A stretch of 64,000 bases of DNA from the human T2T-CHM13v2.0 reference genome, Homo sapiens. The notes below the pieces were generated by a model. That model saw nothing but the letters and a program-made list of their open reading frames with translations, did not search any database and was not told where the DNA came from. Position 1 is the stretch's first letter. Each line of letters begins with the position of its first letter. Shown piece by piece: positions 41,231-54,649 of the stretch. The position numbers and the translations under genes are program-made. The stretch lies in assembly GCF_009914755.1 (NCBI RefSeq), contig NC_060933.1, one strand, 5' to 3'.

Positions 41231-44200
41231 GGGAATGGAATGGAAAGAGGTGGAATGGAATGGAATGGAATGCGGTTTAATGGAATGGAATGGAATGGAA
41301 TGGAGTGGAATGGAATGGAATGGAGAAATTAAGTGTGAGCTAAGATTGTGACACTGCACTCCAGTCTGGGTGACAGAGTGAGATCCATTTCGAATTAAAG
41401 GAATGGAATGGAATGGAGTAGAATGGAATGACTGGAGTGGCGTGGAGTGGAGTGGAGTGGCGAGGAGTGGAGTACAGTGGAGTGGAGTGGAATGGAATTT
41501 AGGGGAATGGAATTTAATGGAATAGAATGGTGAAATGAAATGTGAGCTGGGATTTTGTAATTGCACTCCATTTTGGGTGACAGAGTGAGATCCTGTCGAA
41601 AGAAAGTATTGGAAAGGAATGGAGTGGAATGGAATGGAATAGAATGGAGTGGAGTGGAGTGGAGTGGAGTGGACTGGAGCAGACTGGAGTGCAATAGAAT
41701 GGAAGGGAATGGAATGGAAGTGAAGGGAAGGGAATGGAATGGAAGGGAAGGGAATTGGTAAATGAAATGTGAGCTGACATTGTTGCACTGCACTCCAGCC
41801 TGGGTGACAGAGTGAGATTCTGTCGAAAGAAAATATTGGAATGGAATGGAGGGCAATGTAATGGAATAGAGTAAAGTGGAGTGGAATGGAATGTGATGGA
41901 ATGAAATGGACCGGAGTGGAGTACAGTGGAACGGAATGGAGTGGAGTGGAGTGGAGTGGAATGGAGTGGAATGCAGTGGAGTGGAGTGCAGTGGAATTCA
42001 TTGGAATGGAATGCAATGGAATGGAATGAAAAGGAATGTAACAGGTGCTGAGATTGTGCTACTGCACTACAGCCTGTGTGACAGAGGCAGATCCTGTCGA
42101 AAGTTAGGCGTGGAATGGGTTGGAGCAGAGTGGAGTGGAGTGGAATGGAGTGGAGTGGAGTGGAATGGAATGAAGTGGAGTGGAATGGACTGGAGTGGAA
42201 TGGAATGGAATGGAGTGGAATGGAATGGAATGGAATGGAGTGGAGTGGAATGGAGGGGAATGGAATGGAAAGGAGTGGAGTGGAGTGGAGGGGACTGAAG
42301 TGCAGTGGAGTGGAGTGGAGTGGAATGGAATGGAATGGATTAGCGAAATGAAATGTAAGCTGAGATTCTGCCACTGTACTCCAGAATGGGTGACAGAATG
42401 ACATCCTTTCGAATGTAAGGAATGGAATTGAGTGGAGTGGAATGGAATCGAGTGGAGTGGAGTGGATAGGAGTGGAGTGGAGTGGAATGGAGTGGAGAGG
42501 AATGAAATGGAAGGGAGTGGAGAGGAGTGGATGGGAGTGGAATGGAATGGAATGGGATGGAATTGAAAGGAATGAAATGGAGGGGAGTGGAGTGTTGGGG
42601 AGAGGAGTGGAGTGGTATGGAATTGGATGGAATTGAATGTAGTGGAGTGGAGTGGAGTGTGATGGAGAGGAGTGGAGTAGAGTGGAGTGGAATGGAATGA
42701 AATTGAATGGAGTGGAGCCGAGTGGAGTGGAGTGGAGTGCAGTGGAGTGGAATGGAATATAGTGGAATGGAAATGAATGGAATGAAAAGGAATGTAACGG
42801 AATAGAATGGAATGATGAAATGAAATATGAGCTGAGATTGTAACACTGCACTCCAGCCAGTGTGACAGACTGAAATACTGTCGAAAGAAAGGAATGGAAT
42901 GGACAGGTGTAGAATGGAATGGAATGGAATGAAATGGAGTGGAGTGGAGTGGAATATAGTGGAATGGAGTGGAATGGAATAGGATGGAATGGGAAGGAAT
43001 GGGATTGAATGCATTGCAATGGAATGGAATGCAATGGAATGGAATGCAGAGGAATGGAATGCAATGGAATGAAATGGAATAGAATGCAATGGAATGCAAT
43101 GGAATGGAATGCAATGGAATGCAAAGGAATGGATGGTGAAATTTAATGTGAGCTGAGATAGTGCCACTGCACTCCTGCCAGGGTGACACAGTGAGATCCT
43201 GTCAAAAGAAAGGAATGGAATGGAATGCAGTGAAACGGAATGGAAAGGAATCGATTGGGGTGGAGTGAAGTGGAGTGGAATGGAGTGGAATGGAGTGGAA
43301 TTGAATGGGATGGAATGGAGTGGATTGGAGTGGACTGGACTGGAGTGGAGAGGAATTGAGTGAAATGGAATGGGTTGGAATGGAAAGGAGTGGAGTGGAG
43401 TGGATTTGATTGGAGTGGAGTGGAATGGAGTGGAATGGTATGGAATGGAATGGAATGGAATGCAATGGAATGGAGGGCAGTGCAGTGGAATGGAACGGAA
43501 TGGAATGGAATGGTGTGGAATGGAATGGAATGCAGTGGAATGGAGTGGAGTTCACTGGAGTGGAATGGAATAGGATGCAATGGTATTGGATGGAATGCAA
43601 TGGAATGCAATGCAATGGAGTGCAATGGAATGCAATGGAATGGAATGCAATGGAATGCAATGGAATGGAACGGAATACTGAAATTAAATGTGAGCTGAGA
43701 TAGTGCCCCTACATCCCAGCCTGGGTGACAGAGTGAGATCCTGTCGAAAGAAAGGAATGGAATGGAATGGAGTGAAATGGAATGGATTGGAATGGAGTGG
43801 AGTGGAGTGGAGTGGAATGGAGTGGAATGGAGTGAAATGCAATGGGATGGAGTGGAATGGAATGGAGTGGAGTGGAGAAGAATGGAGTGAAAAGAAATGG
43901 GATGTAATGGAATGGAGTGGAGTGGAGTGGAGTGGAGAGGAAAGAAGTTGAGCGGAGTTGATTGGAGTGGAGTGGAATGTACTTGACTGGAGTGGATTGG
44001 AATGGAGTTGAGTGGAATGGAATGGAATGGAATGGAATAGAATGAAATATAATGGTGAAATGAAATGTGAACTGAGAATATGCCAGTGTATTCCAGCCTT
44101 TTTTGACACAGTGAGATCCCGTCGAAAGAAAGGAATGGCATAAAATGGAGTGGAATACAATGGAGTGGAATGGAATGGAGTGGGATGGATTGGAGTGGAG

Positions 44201-47043
44201 TGCAGTGGAGTTGAGTGGAACGGAGTGGAATGGAATGGGATGCAATGGAATGGCATGGAGTGGAGTGGAGTGAATTGGAGTGGAGTAGAGAGGAATGGAG
44301 TGGAATGCAATTGGATGGAAGAGAATGGCATGGAGTGGAGTGGAGTGGAGTGGATTGGAGTGTAGAAGAGTGGAATGAAATGGAATGCAATGCAATGGAA
44401 TGGAATGGACAGGGTGAAATGAAATGTGAGCTGAGTTTGTCCCACTGAACGCCAGCCTGGGTGACAGAGAGAGATCCTGTCAAAAGAATGCAAAGGAATG
44501 GAATGGAGTGGAGTGCAGTGGAGTGGTTTGGAGTTGAATGGAGTGCAATGGAATGGGATGGAATGGAATGGAATGGACTGCAGTGGAGTGGAGTGGAGTG
44601 GAATGGAGTGGAATGGAATGTGATGGAATGGAATGAGGTAGAGTGGAGGTGAATGGAGTGGACTGGAGTGGAATGTAGTGGAATGGAATGTAATGAAATG
44701 GAGTGGAGTGCAGTGAAGAGGGGTGAAGTGGAATGGAACGGAATGGAATGGAAATGAATGGAATAGTGAAATGAAATGTGACCTGAGATTCTGTCACTGC
44801 ACTCCAGACTGTGTGACAGAGTGAGGCCCTGTCGAATGTAAGGAATTGAATGGAATAGACTGGAATGGAAAGGAATAGAATATAATGGAATGGAATGGAA
44901 TGGAATGGAATGGAATAGAATGGAATGGAATGGAATGGAATGGAATGGAATGGAATGGAATGGAATGGAATAGAGAGGAGTGGAGTGGAGTGGAATTGAA
45001 TGGAATGGGAGGGAATCGAATGGAATGAAGTGGAGGGTAGTGGAATGGAGAGAAGAGACAAGGAGGGGAAAGGAATGGTATTGGATGGAATGGAATGGAG
45101 TGGAGTGTATTGGGGTGAAGAGGAGTGGAGTAGAGTGGAATGGAATGGAGTGGGGTGGAGTAGAGTGGATTGTGGTGTTGTGTAATGGAATAGAATGGAA
45201 TGGAAAGAAAAGGAATGGAATAGAATGGAATGATGAAATGAAATATGAGCTGAGATTGTGCCACTGCACTACAGCCTGGGTGACACAGTGAGATCCTGTC
45301 GAAGGAAAGAAACGGAATGGAAAGGTGTGGAATGTAATGGAATGGAATGGACTGGAGTGGAGTGGAGTGCAGTCGAGTGGAGTGCGTATAGTGGAATCGA
45401 ATGGGATAGAGTGGAATGGAATGGAGCAGAGTGAAGTGGAGTGGACTGGAATGGAACTGAAAGGAATGGAATGGAGTGCAGTGGAGTGGAGTGGATTGGC
45501 GTGCATAGGAGTGGAATGGAATGGAACTTAAAGGAACATAATGGAATGGAATGCAATGGAATGGAATGTGAAATGAAATGTGAGCTGAGAGAGTGCCACT
45601 GTACCCCAGGCTAGGTGACAGAGTGAGACCTTGTGGAAAGAAAGGAATGGAATTGAATGGAGTTGAACGGAATGGAATGGAGTGGAGTGGAGTGGAGCTG
45701 AGTGGAGGGGACTGGATTTGACTGGAGTCGAGTGGAATGGAGGGGAATGCAAAGGGGTGGAGTGGAATGTAAAGGAGAGGAGAGGAGTGTTGTGGAGTGG
45801 AGTGGAGTGGAATTGACTGGAATTCAATGGGATGGAATGGAATGGAGTGGAGTGGAATGGAGTGCAGTGGAGTGGAATAGAGCGTAGTGGGATGGAATGG
45901 AATTCAGTTGAATGTAATTGAGTGCAGAGGAGTGTATTGGAGTGGAGTGGAATGCAGTGGAATGGGAAGGGATGGAATGCAATGGGATGGAATGGAACAG
46001 AACGGAACGGAACGGAATGGAATCGTGAAATGAAATGATAGCTGAGATTATGACACTTCACTCCATTCTGGGTGACGGAGTGAGATACTGTCGACAGAAA
46101 AGAATGGAATGGAATGGAGTGGAATGGAATGGAGTAGAATGCAGTGGATTGGAGTGGATTGGAATGGACTGGAATGGAATGAGATGGGAGGGAGTGGAAT
46201 GGAATGGGATGGAGTGGAGTGGAATGGAATGGGATGGAATGGAATGGAGTGGAGTGGAGTGGAATGGAGTGGAATACAATGGAATGGAATGGAGTGGAGT
46301 GGAGTATAGTGGAATGGAATGGAATGGAATGGAATGGAATGGAATGGAATGGAATGGAATGGAAAGGAATTGAAAGGAATGGAATGCAGTGGAGTGGAGT
46401 TCACAGAAGTGGAATAGAATTGAACAGAATGCAATGGAATGAAATGCAATGCCCTGGAAAGGAATGGAATGCAATGGAATGAAATGGAATGGAATGCAAA
46501 GGAACGGATGGTGAAATTTAACGTGAGCTGAGATAATGCCACTGCAATCCAGCCAGGGTGACACAGTGAGATTCTGTCGACAGAAAGGAATGGAATGGAA
46601 TGCAGTGAAACGGAATGGAATGGAATCGAATGGAGTGGAGTGAAGTGGAATGGAATGGAGTGGAATGGAGAGGAATTGAATGGGATGGAGTGGAATGGAA
46701 TGGAGTGGACCAGAGTGGAGTGGAGAGGAATGAAGTGAAATGGAATGCGATGGAATGGATAGGAGTGGAGTGGAGTGGAGTGAAGTGGAGTGGAGTGGAC
46801 TTGACTGGAGTGAAGTGGAATGGAGTGGAATGGTATGGAATAGAATGGAATGGAATGGAATGGACTGGAATGGAATGCAATGGAGGGGAGTGGAGTGGAG
46901 CAGAGTGGAGTTGAATGGAGTGGAGTGGAATTGAATGGAATGAAATAGAATGGAATTCAATGGAATGGTGAAAGAAATATGAGCTGAGATTTTGCCAATG
47001 TATTACAGGATTTTTGACACAGTGAGATCCTCTCAAAGGAAAA

Positions 47044-48146
47044 GAATGGAATGGAAAGGAGTGGAATGGAATGGAATGGAATGGAATGGAGTGGAGTGGA
47101 ATGGAATGGAATGGAATGGAATGGAGTGGAATGGAATGGAATGGAATGGAATGGAGTGGAGTGGAGTGGAATGGAATGGAATGGAATGGAATGGAGTGGA
47201 ATGGAATGGAATGGAATGGAATGGAGTGGAATGGAATGGAATGGAATGGAATGGAGTGGAGTGGAGTGGAATGGAATGGAATGGAGTGGAGTGGAATGGA
47301 ATGGAATGGAGTGGAATGGAGTGGAAAGGAGTGGAATGGAGTGGAATGGAATGGAATGGAGTGGAATGGAATGGAATGGAATGGACTGGAGTGGAGTGGA
47401 ATGGAGTGGAATGGAGTGGAATGGAATGGAATGCAGTGGAATGGAATGCAATGGAGTGGAATGGAATGGACTGGAATGGAGTGGAATGGAGTGGAATAGA
47501 GTGGAATGGAGTGGAATGGAATGGAATGTAGTGGATTGGAATGGAATGGAATGGAGTGGAATGGAATGGAGTGGAGTGGAGTGGAATGGAGTGGAATGCA
47601 ATGGAATGGAGTGGAATGGAATGGAATGGAGTGGAATGGAGTGGAATGGAGTGCAATGGAGTGGAATGGAATGGAATGGAGTGGAATGGAATGGAATGGA
47701 ATGGAATGGAATGGAATGGAATGGAATGGAGTGGAATGGAATGGAATGGAGTGGAGTGGAATGGAATGGAGTGGAGTGGAGTGGAATGGAATGGAGTGGA
47801 GTGGAATGGAGTGGAATGGAATGGAGTGGAATGGAATGGAATGGAGTGGAGTGGAATGGAGTGGAATGGAATGGAGTGGAATGGAATGGAATGGAGTGGA
47901 ATGGAATGGAGTGGAATGGAATGGAATGGAGTGGAGTGGAATGGAGTGGAATGGAATGGAATGGAGTGGAGTGGAATGGAGTGGAATGGAATGGAATGGA
48001 GTGGAATGGAATGGAATGGAATGGAATGGAATGGAAAGGAATGGAATGGAATGGAGTGGAGTGGAATGGAAAGGAATGGAATGGAATGGAATGAATGGAA
48101 TGGAATGGAAAGGAATGGAATGGAATGGAATGAATGGAATGGAATG
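47044..48146 (+). repeat. Near-pure (GGAAT/GGAGT)n simple-repeat tract, ~1.1 kb
   Basis: Almost only GGAAT and GGAGT units, with few other variants. The ORF track shows long stop-free + strand ORFs here (47051-48094, 347 aa), unlike the surrounding array. Confidence 0.9.
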
Positions 48147-51100
48147 GTGAAATGAAATCTGAGCTAAGATTGTGCCACTGTACTCCAGTCTGGTTTACAC
48201 AGTGAGATCTAGTCGAAATAAAGGAATGGAATGTAATGTGGTAGAACGGAATGGAGTGGAGTGGAATGGAATGGAGTGGAGTGGAGTGGAGTGGAGTGGA
48301 ATGGAATGGAGTCGAATGGAGTGGAATGGAATGGAATGGAATGGAATGGAATGGAATGGAATGGAATGGATTGGAATGGAATGGAATGGAGTGGAATGGA
48401 ATGGAAAGGAATGGAGTGGAATGGAATGAAGTGGAAAGGAATGGAATGGGATGGAGTGGAATGGAATGGAGTGGAATGGAATGGAATGGAATGGAATGGA
48501 ATGGAGTGGAATGGAATCGAATTGAATGGAATGGAACGGAATGGAGTGGAGTGGAGTGGAATGGAATGGAATGGAATGGAATGGAATGGAATGGAGTGGA
48601 ATGGAGTGGAGTGGAGTGGAGTGGAATGGAATGGAATGGAGTGGAATAGAATGGAATGGAATGGAGTGGAGTGGAATGGAATGCAATGGAATGGAATGGA
48701 ATGGAGTGGAGCGGAATGGAATGGAGTGAAGTGGAGTGGAATGGAATGGAATGGAATGGAATGGAATGGAATGGAATGGAGTGGAGTGGAATGGAGTGGA
48801 ATGGAATGGAATGGAATGGAAAGGAATAGAATGGAGTGGAATGGAATGGAATGGAGTTGAGGGAATGGAATGAATGGAATGGAATGGAATGCTGAAATGA
48901 AATGTGAGCTAAGATTGTGACACTGCACTCCAGTCTGGTTTACAGAGTGAGAACTTGACGAAATAAAGGAATGGAATGTAATGTGGCAGAACGGAATGGA
49001 GTGGAGTGGAATCGAACGGAGTGGAGTGGAGTGGAGTTGAATGGAGTGGAGTGGAGTGGAATAGAATGGAATGGAGTCGAATGGAATTGAATGGAAAGGA
49101 GTGGAATGGAATTTAATGGAGTGGAGTGGAATAGAGTGGAGTGGAGTGGATTGTAGTGAAATGGAATGGAGTGGGGAGGAATGGAGTGGAATGGAGTGGA
49201 ATGGAATGGAAAGGAACGGAACAGAATGGAATGGAATGGAATGGAATGGAATGGAATGGAATGGAATGGAATGGAATGGATAAATGAAATGTGAGCTAAG
49301 ATTTTTCCACTGCACTCCAGTCTGGATAACAGTGTGAGATCCATTCGAAATAAATCAATGCAATGGAATGGAGTAGAATGGAATAAAATGGAGTGGAGTG
49401 GAGTGGAGTGGAATGGAAAGGAATGGAGGTGAATGAAATGGAATGGAATGAATGGAATGGAATGGAATGGAATGGAATGGAATGGAATGGAATGGTGAAA
49501 CGAAATGTGAGCTGAGATTGAGCCACTGCACTCCAGCCTCGGTGACACAGTGAGATCCTGTCGAAAGAAAATATTGGAATGGAATGGAGTGGAATGGAAT
49601 GCAATGTATTGGATTGGAGAGGAAAGGAGTGGCATGGAATTGGATCATATGAAATGGATTGGATTAGAGAAGAGTGGAATGGAATGGAGTGGAGTCGAGT
49701 GGAAAGGAGTGGAGGAGAATGGAGTGGAATTGAATGGAATGTAATGGAATTCAATGGAATGGTGAAAAGAAATGTGTGCTGAGATTGTGCCACTGTGCTA
49801 CAGCCCGTGTGACAGAGGGAGATCCTGTCGAAAGAAAGGAGTGGAATTGAAGGCATTGGAAGGGAATGGAACTGAATGGATTGAAGTGGAGTGGAGTGGA
49901 ATTGAGTGGAGTGGAGTGCAGTGGAATGGAATGGAATGGAATGGAATGGAATGGAATGGAATGGAGTGGAATGGTGAAATGAAATGTGAGCTGTTATTGT
50001 GCCACTGCACACCAGCCTGGGTGACAGAGTGAAAACCTGTCAAAGAAAGGAATGGAATGGAATGGATTGGAATGGAATGGAATGGAATGGAATGAAGTGG
50101 AGTGGATTGGAGTGGAAAGGTGTGGAATGGAAAGGGATGGAATGGAAAGGAGTGGAGTGGACTGGAATGGAGAGGAGTGGAGTGGAGTGGCATGGATTGG
50201 AGTGGAGAGGAGTGGAATGGAGTGGAGTGGAGTGGAATGGAATGGCATGGAGAAATGAAATGTGAGCTGAGATTGCGCCACAGTGCTCCAGGCTGGGTCA
50301 CACAGTGATATACTCTCGAAAGAAAGGAATGGAATGGAATGCAGTGGAATGGAATAGAATGGAGTGGACTGGAGTGGAGTGGAGTGGAGTCAAATGGAGT
50401 GGAGTGGAATGGCGAGGAATGGAATCACATGGAATGGAATGCAATGAAGTGGAGTGGAGTGCGGCAGAGTGGAGTGCATTGGAGTGGAGGGGAATGGAGT
50501 GGAATGGAGTGGAGTGCAGTGTATTGGAGAGGAGTGGAATTGAGTGGAATGGAATTGGATGTAATGGAATGTACTGGAGTGGAGTGGAGTAGAGTGGAAC
50601 GAAGTGGAATGGAATTGAAATGAATGGAATTGAATGGAATAAATTGGAATGGAATTGAATGCTTTGGAACGCAATGGAATAGAATGCAATTCAATGGAAA
50701 GTTGACATGTAATGTGAGCTGAGATTGTGCCACTGCACTCCATCCTGGGTGACACAGTGATATCTTGTCAAAAGAAAGGAATGGAATGCAACGGAGTGAA
50801 ATGGAATGGAATGGAAAGGAATGGAGTCAAGGGGAGTGGAGTGGAGTGCAGTGGAGTGAAATGGAGTTAAACGGAATGGGATGGAGAGAAATTGAATGGA
50901 GTGGAGGGGACTGGAGTGAAATAGAATGGGATGGAATGGAATGCAAGTGAATGGTGAAAAGAAATTTGAGCTGAGATTGTGCCACTGCACGTCAGCCTTT
51001 GTGGCAGAGTGAGATCCTGTGGAAAGAAAGGAATGGAATGGAGTGGAATTGTATGGAATGGAATGGAGTGAAGTGGAGAGGAGTGGAGTCTAGTGGAATG

Positions 51101-53531
51101 CAGTGTAAAGGAATGTGATGGAAAGGAATGGCATGGAGTGGAGTGCCGAGTAGTGGATTGGAGTGGTGTAGAGTGGAATGGAGTGGAATGGAATGGAATG
51201 GAATTGAATGCCATGGAGTGAGGTGGAGTGGAGTGGATTGGAGTGGAGTAGAGTGGAGTGAAATGGAATGGAATGGAAAGGAATAGAATGTAATGCAGTG
51301 GAATGCAATGGAATGGAATGGAATGCAATGGAATAGAATGGAATGCAGTGGTGAAAGGAAATGTGGGCTGAGTTTGTGACACTGCCTGCCAGTGTGGTTG
51401 ACAGGTTGAGATGCTGTCGAAAGAAAGGAATGGAAAGGAATGGAGTGGAGTGGGGCTGTGTGGAGTGCAGTGGTGTGGAGTGGAATGGAGTGGAATTGAA
51501 TGGGATGGAGGGGAATGGAATGGAGTGCAGTGAGTGGAGTGGTGTGGAGTGGAATGCAGTGGATTGGAAAGGGATGGAATGGAATGGAGTGGAGTGGAGT
51601 GGAATAGAATGGACTGGAGTGGAAAGGAGTGGAATGTAATGGAACGGAATGGGGTGGAGTGGAGTGCAGTGAAGTGGAGAGGAATGGAATGGAATGGAAT
51701 GGAATGGAATGGAATGGAATGGAATAGCGAAATGAAATGTAAGCGGAGATTCTGTCACTGAACTGCAGACTGGGTGACAGAGTGACATCCTGTCGAATGT
51801 GAGGAATGGAACGGAATGGAGTGGAATGGAAAGGAATGGTATGCAGTGGAGTGGAGTGGAATGGAATGCAGTGGAAAGCAATGGAATGGAATGGAGTGGA
51901 GCGGAGTGGTGAGGAATGGAGTCGAATGGAATGGAATGGGATGGAATCGAATGGAATGAAGTGGAGGGGAGTGGAGTGTAGTGATGGGGAGAGGAGTGGA
52001 GTGGTATGGAATTGGATGGAATTGAATGGGCTGGAGTGGAGTGGGGTGGAGAGAAATGGAGTAGAGTGGAGTGGAATTGAATGGAATGGAATGGAGTGCA
52101 GTTGATTGAAGTGGAGTGGAGTGGAGTGGAATGGAATGTAGTGGAATGGAATTCAATGGAATGGAATGGAATCGACTGGAATGATGAAATGAAATATGAG
52201 CTGCGATTGTGCCACTGCACTCCAGCATGGGTGACAGAGTGAAATCCTGTTGAAAGAAAGGAATGGAATAGAATGGATTTGAATGCAATGGAATGGAATG
52301 GAGTGCAGTGGAGGAGAGAGGAGTATAGTGGAATGGAGTGGAATGGAATGGGATGGAATGGAGTGGAGTAGAGTGGAGTGGAGTGGGGTGGAGTGGAAAG
52401 GAATAGAATGCAATGGAATGGAATGGAATGGAATGGAATGGAATGGAATGGAATGGAATGGAATGCAATGGAATGCAGTGAAGTGGAGCGGAGTTCACAG
52501 GAGTGGAATGCAATCGATGGGATGGAATTGAATGCAATGGAATGGAATGCAATGGAATGGAACTGTGAAATTAAATGTGAGCTAAGATAGTGCCGCTGCA
52601 CTCCAGCCTCTGTGACAGAGTGAGATCCTGTTGAAAGAAATGAATGAAATGTAGGCGAATGGAATGGAATGGAATGGAATGGAATGGAATGGAATGGAAT
52701 GGAATGGAGTGGAATGGAGTGGACTGGAGTGAAATGGAATGGGATGGAGTGGAATGGAATGTAGTGGAGTGGAGTGGAGAGGAATGGAGTGAAATGGAAA
52801 GGGATGGAATGGAATGGAATGGAATGGAGTGGAGTGGAGTGGAGTGAATTGGAGTGGAGTGGAGTTGATTGGAATGGAGTGGAATAGAGTGGAGTGGAAT
52901 GGAGTGGAATAGAATGGAATGGAATGGAATGGTGAAATGAAATGTGAGCTGAGATTGTGCCACTGTATTCCAGCCATTTTTGACACTGTGAGATCTTGTC
53001 AAAAGAAAGGAATGGAATCGATTGGGATGGAATAGAATGGAGTGGAATGGAATGTTGTGGAGTGGAGTGGAGTGGTGTCGAGTGGAACGGAGTGGAATGG
53101 AATGGGATGGAAAGGAATGGCATGTAGTGGAGTGGGATGGAGTGAATTTGAGTGGAATAGAGTGGAATGGAGTGGAATGGAAACGGATGGAAATGAATGG
53201 CATGGAGTGGAGCTCAGTGGAGTAAATTGGAGTGGAGCAGAGTGGAATGGAATGGAATGGAGTGTAATGGAATGGAATAGAGAGGAATGGAATGGAATGG
53301 TATGGAATGGAATGGAATGGAGTGGAATGGAATGAAATGGAGAGGAATGGAATGGAATGGTATGGAATGGAATGGAATGGAATGGTATGGAATGGAATGG
53401 AATGGAATGCGATGGAATGGAATGGAATGGAATGCGATGGAATGGAATGGAATGGAATGGAATGGAATGGAAAGGAATGGAAAGGAATGGAATGGAATGG
53501 AGTGGAATGGAATGGAATGGTGAAATGAAAT

Positions 53532-53595
53532 GTGAGCTGAGTTTGTGCCACTGCACGCCAGCCTGGGTGACAGAGTGAGATCCTGTCAAAAGAAA
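53532..53595 (+). mobile_element. Representative near-consensus Alu 3'-end fragment
   Basis: gtgagctgagtttgtgccactgcacgccagcctgggtgacagagtgagatcctgtcaaaagaaa aligns to the last ~55 nt of the Alu right arm plus an A-rich remnant. Confidence 0.9.
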
Positions 53596-54649
53596 AGAAT
53601 GGAAACGACTGGAGTGGAGTGGAGTGGAGTGGACGGGATTTGAGTGGAGTCGCGTGGAATGGAGTGGAATGGAATGGACTGGAGTGGAATGTAATGGGGT
53701 TGAGAGGAGTGGTGTGGAGTGGAGTGGAATTGAATGGAATTTAATGGAATGGAATGAATTGGAGTGGAATGGAGTGGAGTGGAGTGGAATGGAGTGGAAT
53801 GGAATGGAATGAAATGGAATGGAATGGATTGGAATGGAATGGAATGGAGAGGAAAGTAATGGAGTTCAGAGGAGTGGATTGGAGTGGAGTGGAGTTGAGT
53901 GGAATTTGAAAGGATGAAATGGAATGGAATGGAATGGAATGGAATGGAATGGAATGCAATGGAATACAATGGAATACAATGGAATGGAATTGTGAAATGA
54001 AATTATAGCTGAGATTATGAGACTACACTCCATCCTGGGTGACAGAGTGAGATCCCGTCGACAGAAAGGAATGGACTGGAATGGAGTGGAATTGCATGGA
54101 GTAGAATGCAGTGGAGTGCAGTGTAGTGGAATGGAGTGGCATGGAAAGGGATCGGAAGGAGTGGAATGGAATGGAGTGGAGTGGAGAGGAGTGCAGTGGA
54201 ATGGAAGGGAGTGGAATGGAATGGGAAGGAATAGAGTGGAGTGGAATGGAATGGAATGGAATGGAATGGAATGAAATTGAATGGAATAGAATGGAATGCA
54301 ACGCAGTGGAATGGAGTTGAGTGGAGTTCACAGGAGTGGAATGGAATGGGATGGAGTGGAATAGAATGGAATGGAATAGAGCGGAGTGGAGTGGTGTGGA
54401 ATGGAGTGGAGTGCAGAGGAGTGGACTGGAATGGAATGGAATGGAATGGAATGGAAATGAATGAAATGGAATAGAACGAATCAGAATTGTGAAATGAAAT
54501 CTGAGCTGAGATTGTGCCACTGCTCTCCATCCTGGGTGACAGAGTGAGATCCTGACGAAAGAAAGGAATGGAATGGATTAGAGTGCAATGGAATGGAATG
54601 GAATGGAATGGAATGGAATGGAATGGAATGGAATGGAGTGGAGTGGAGT

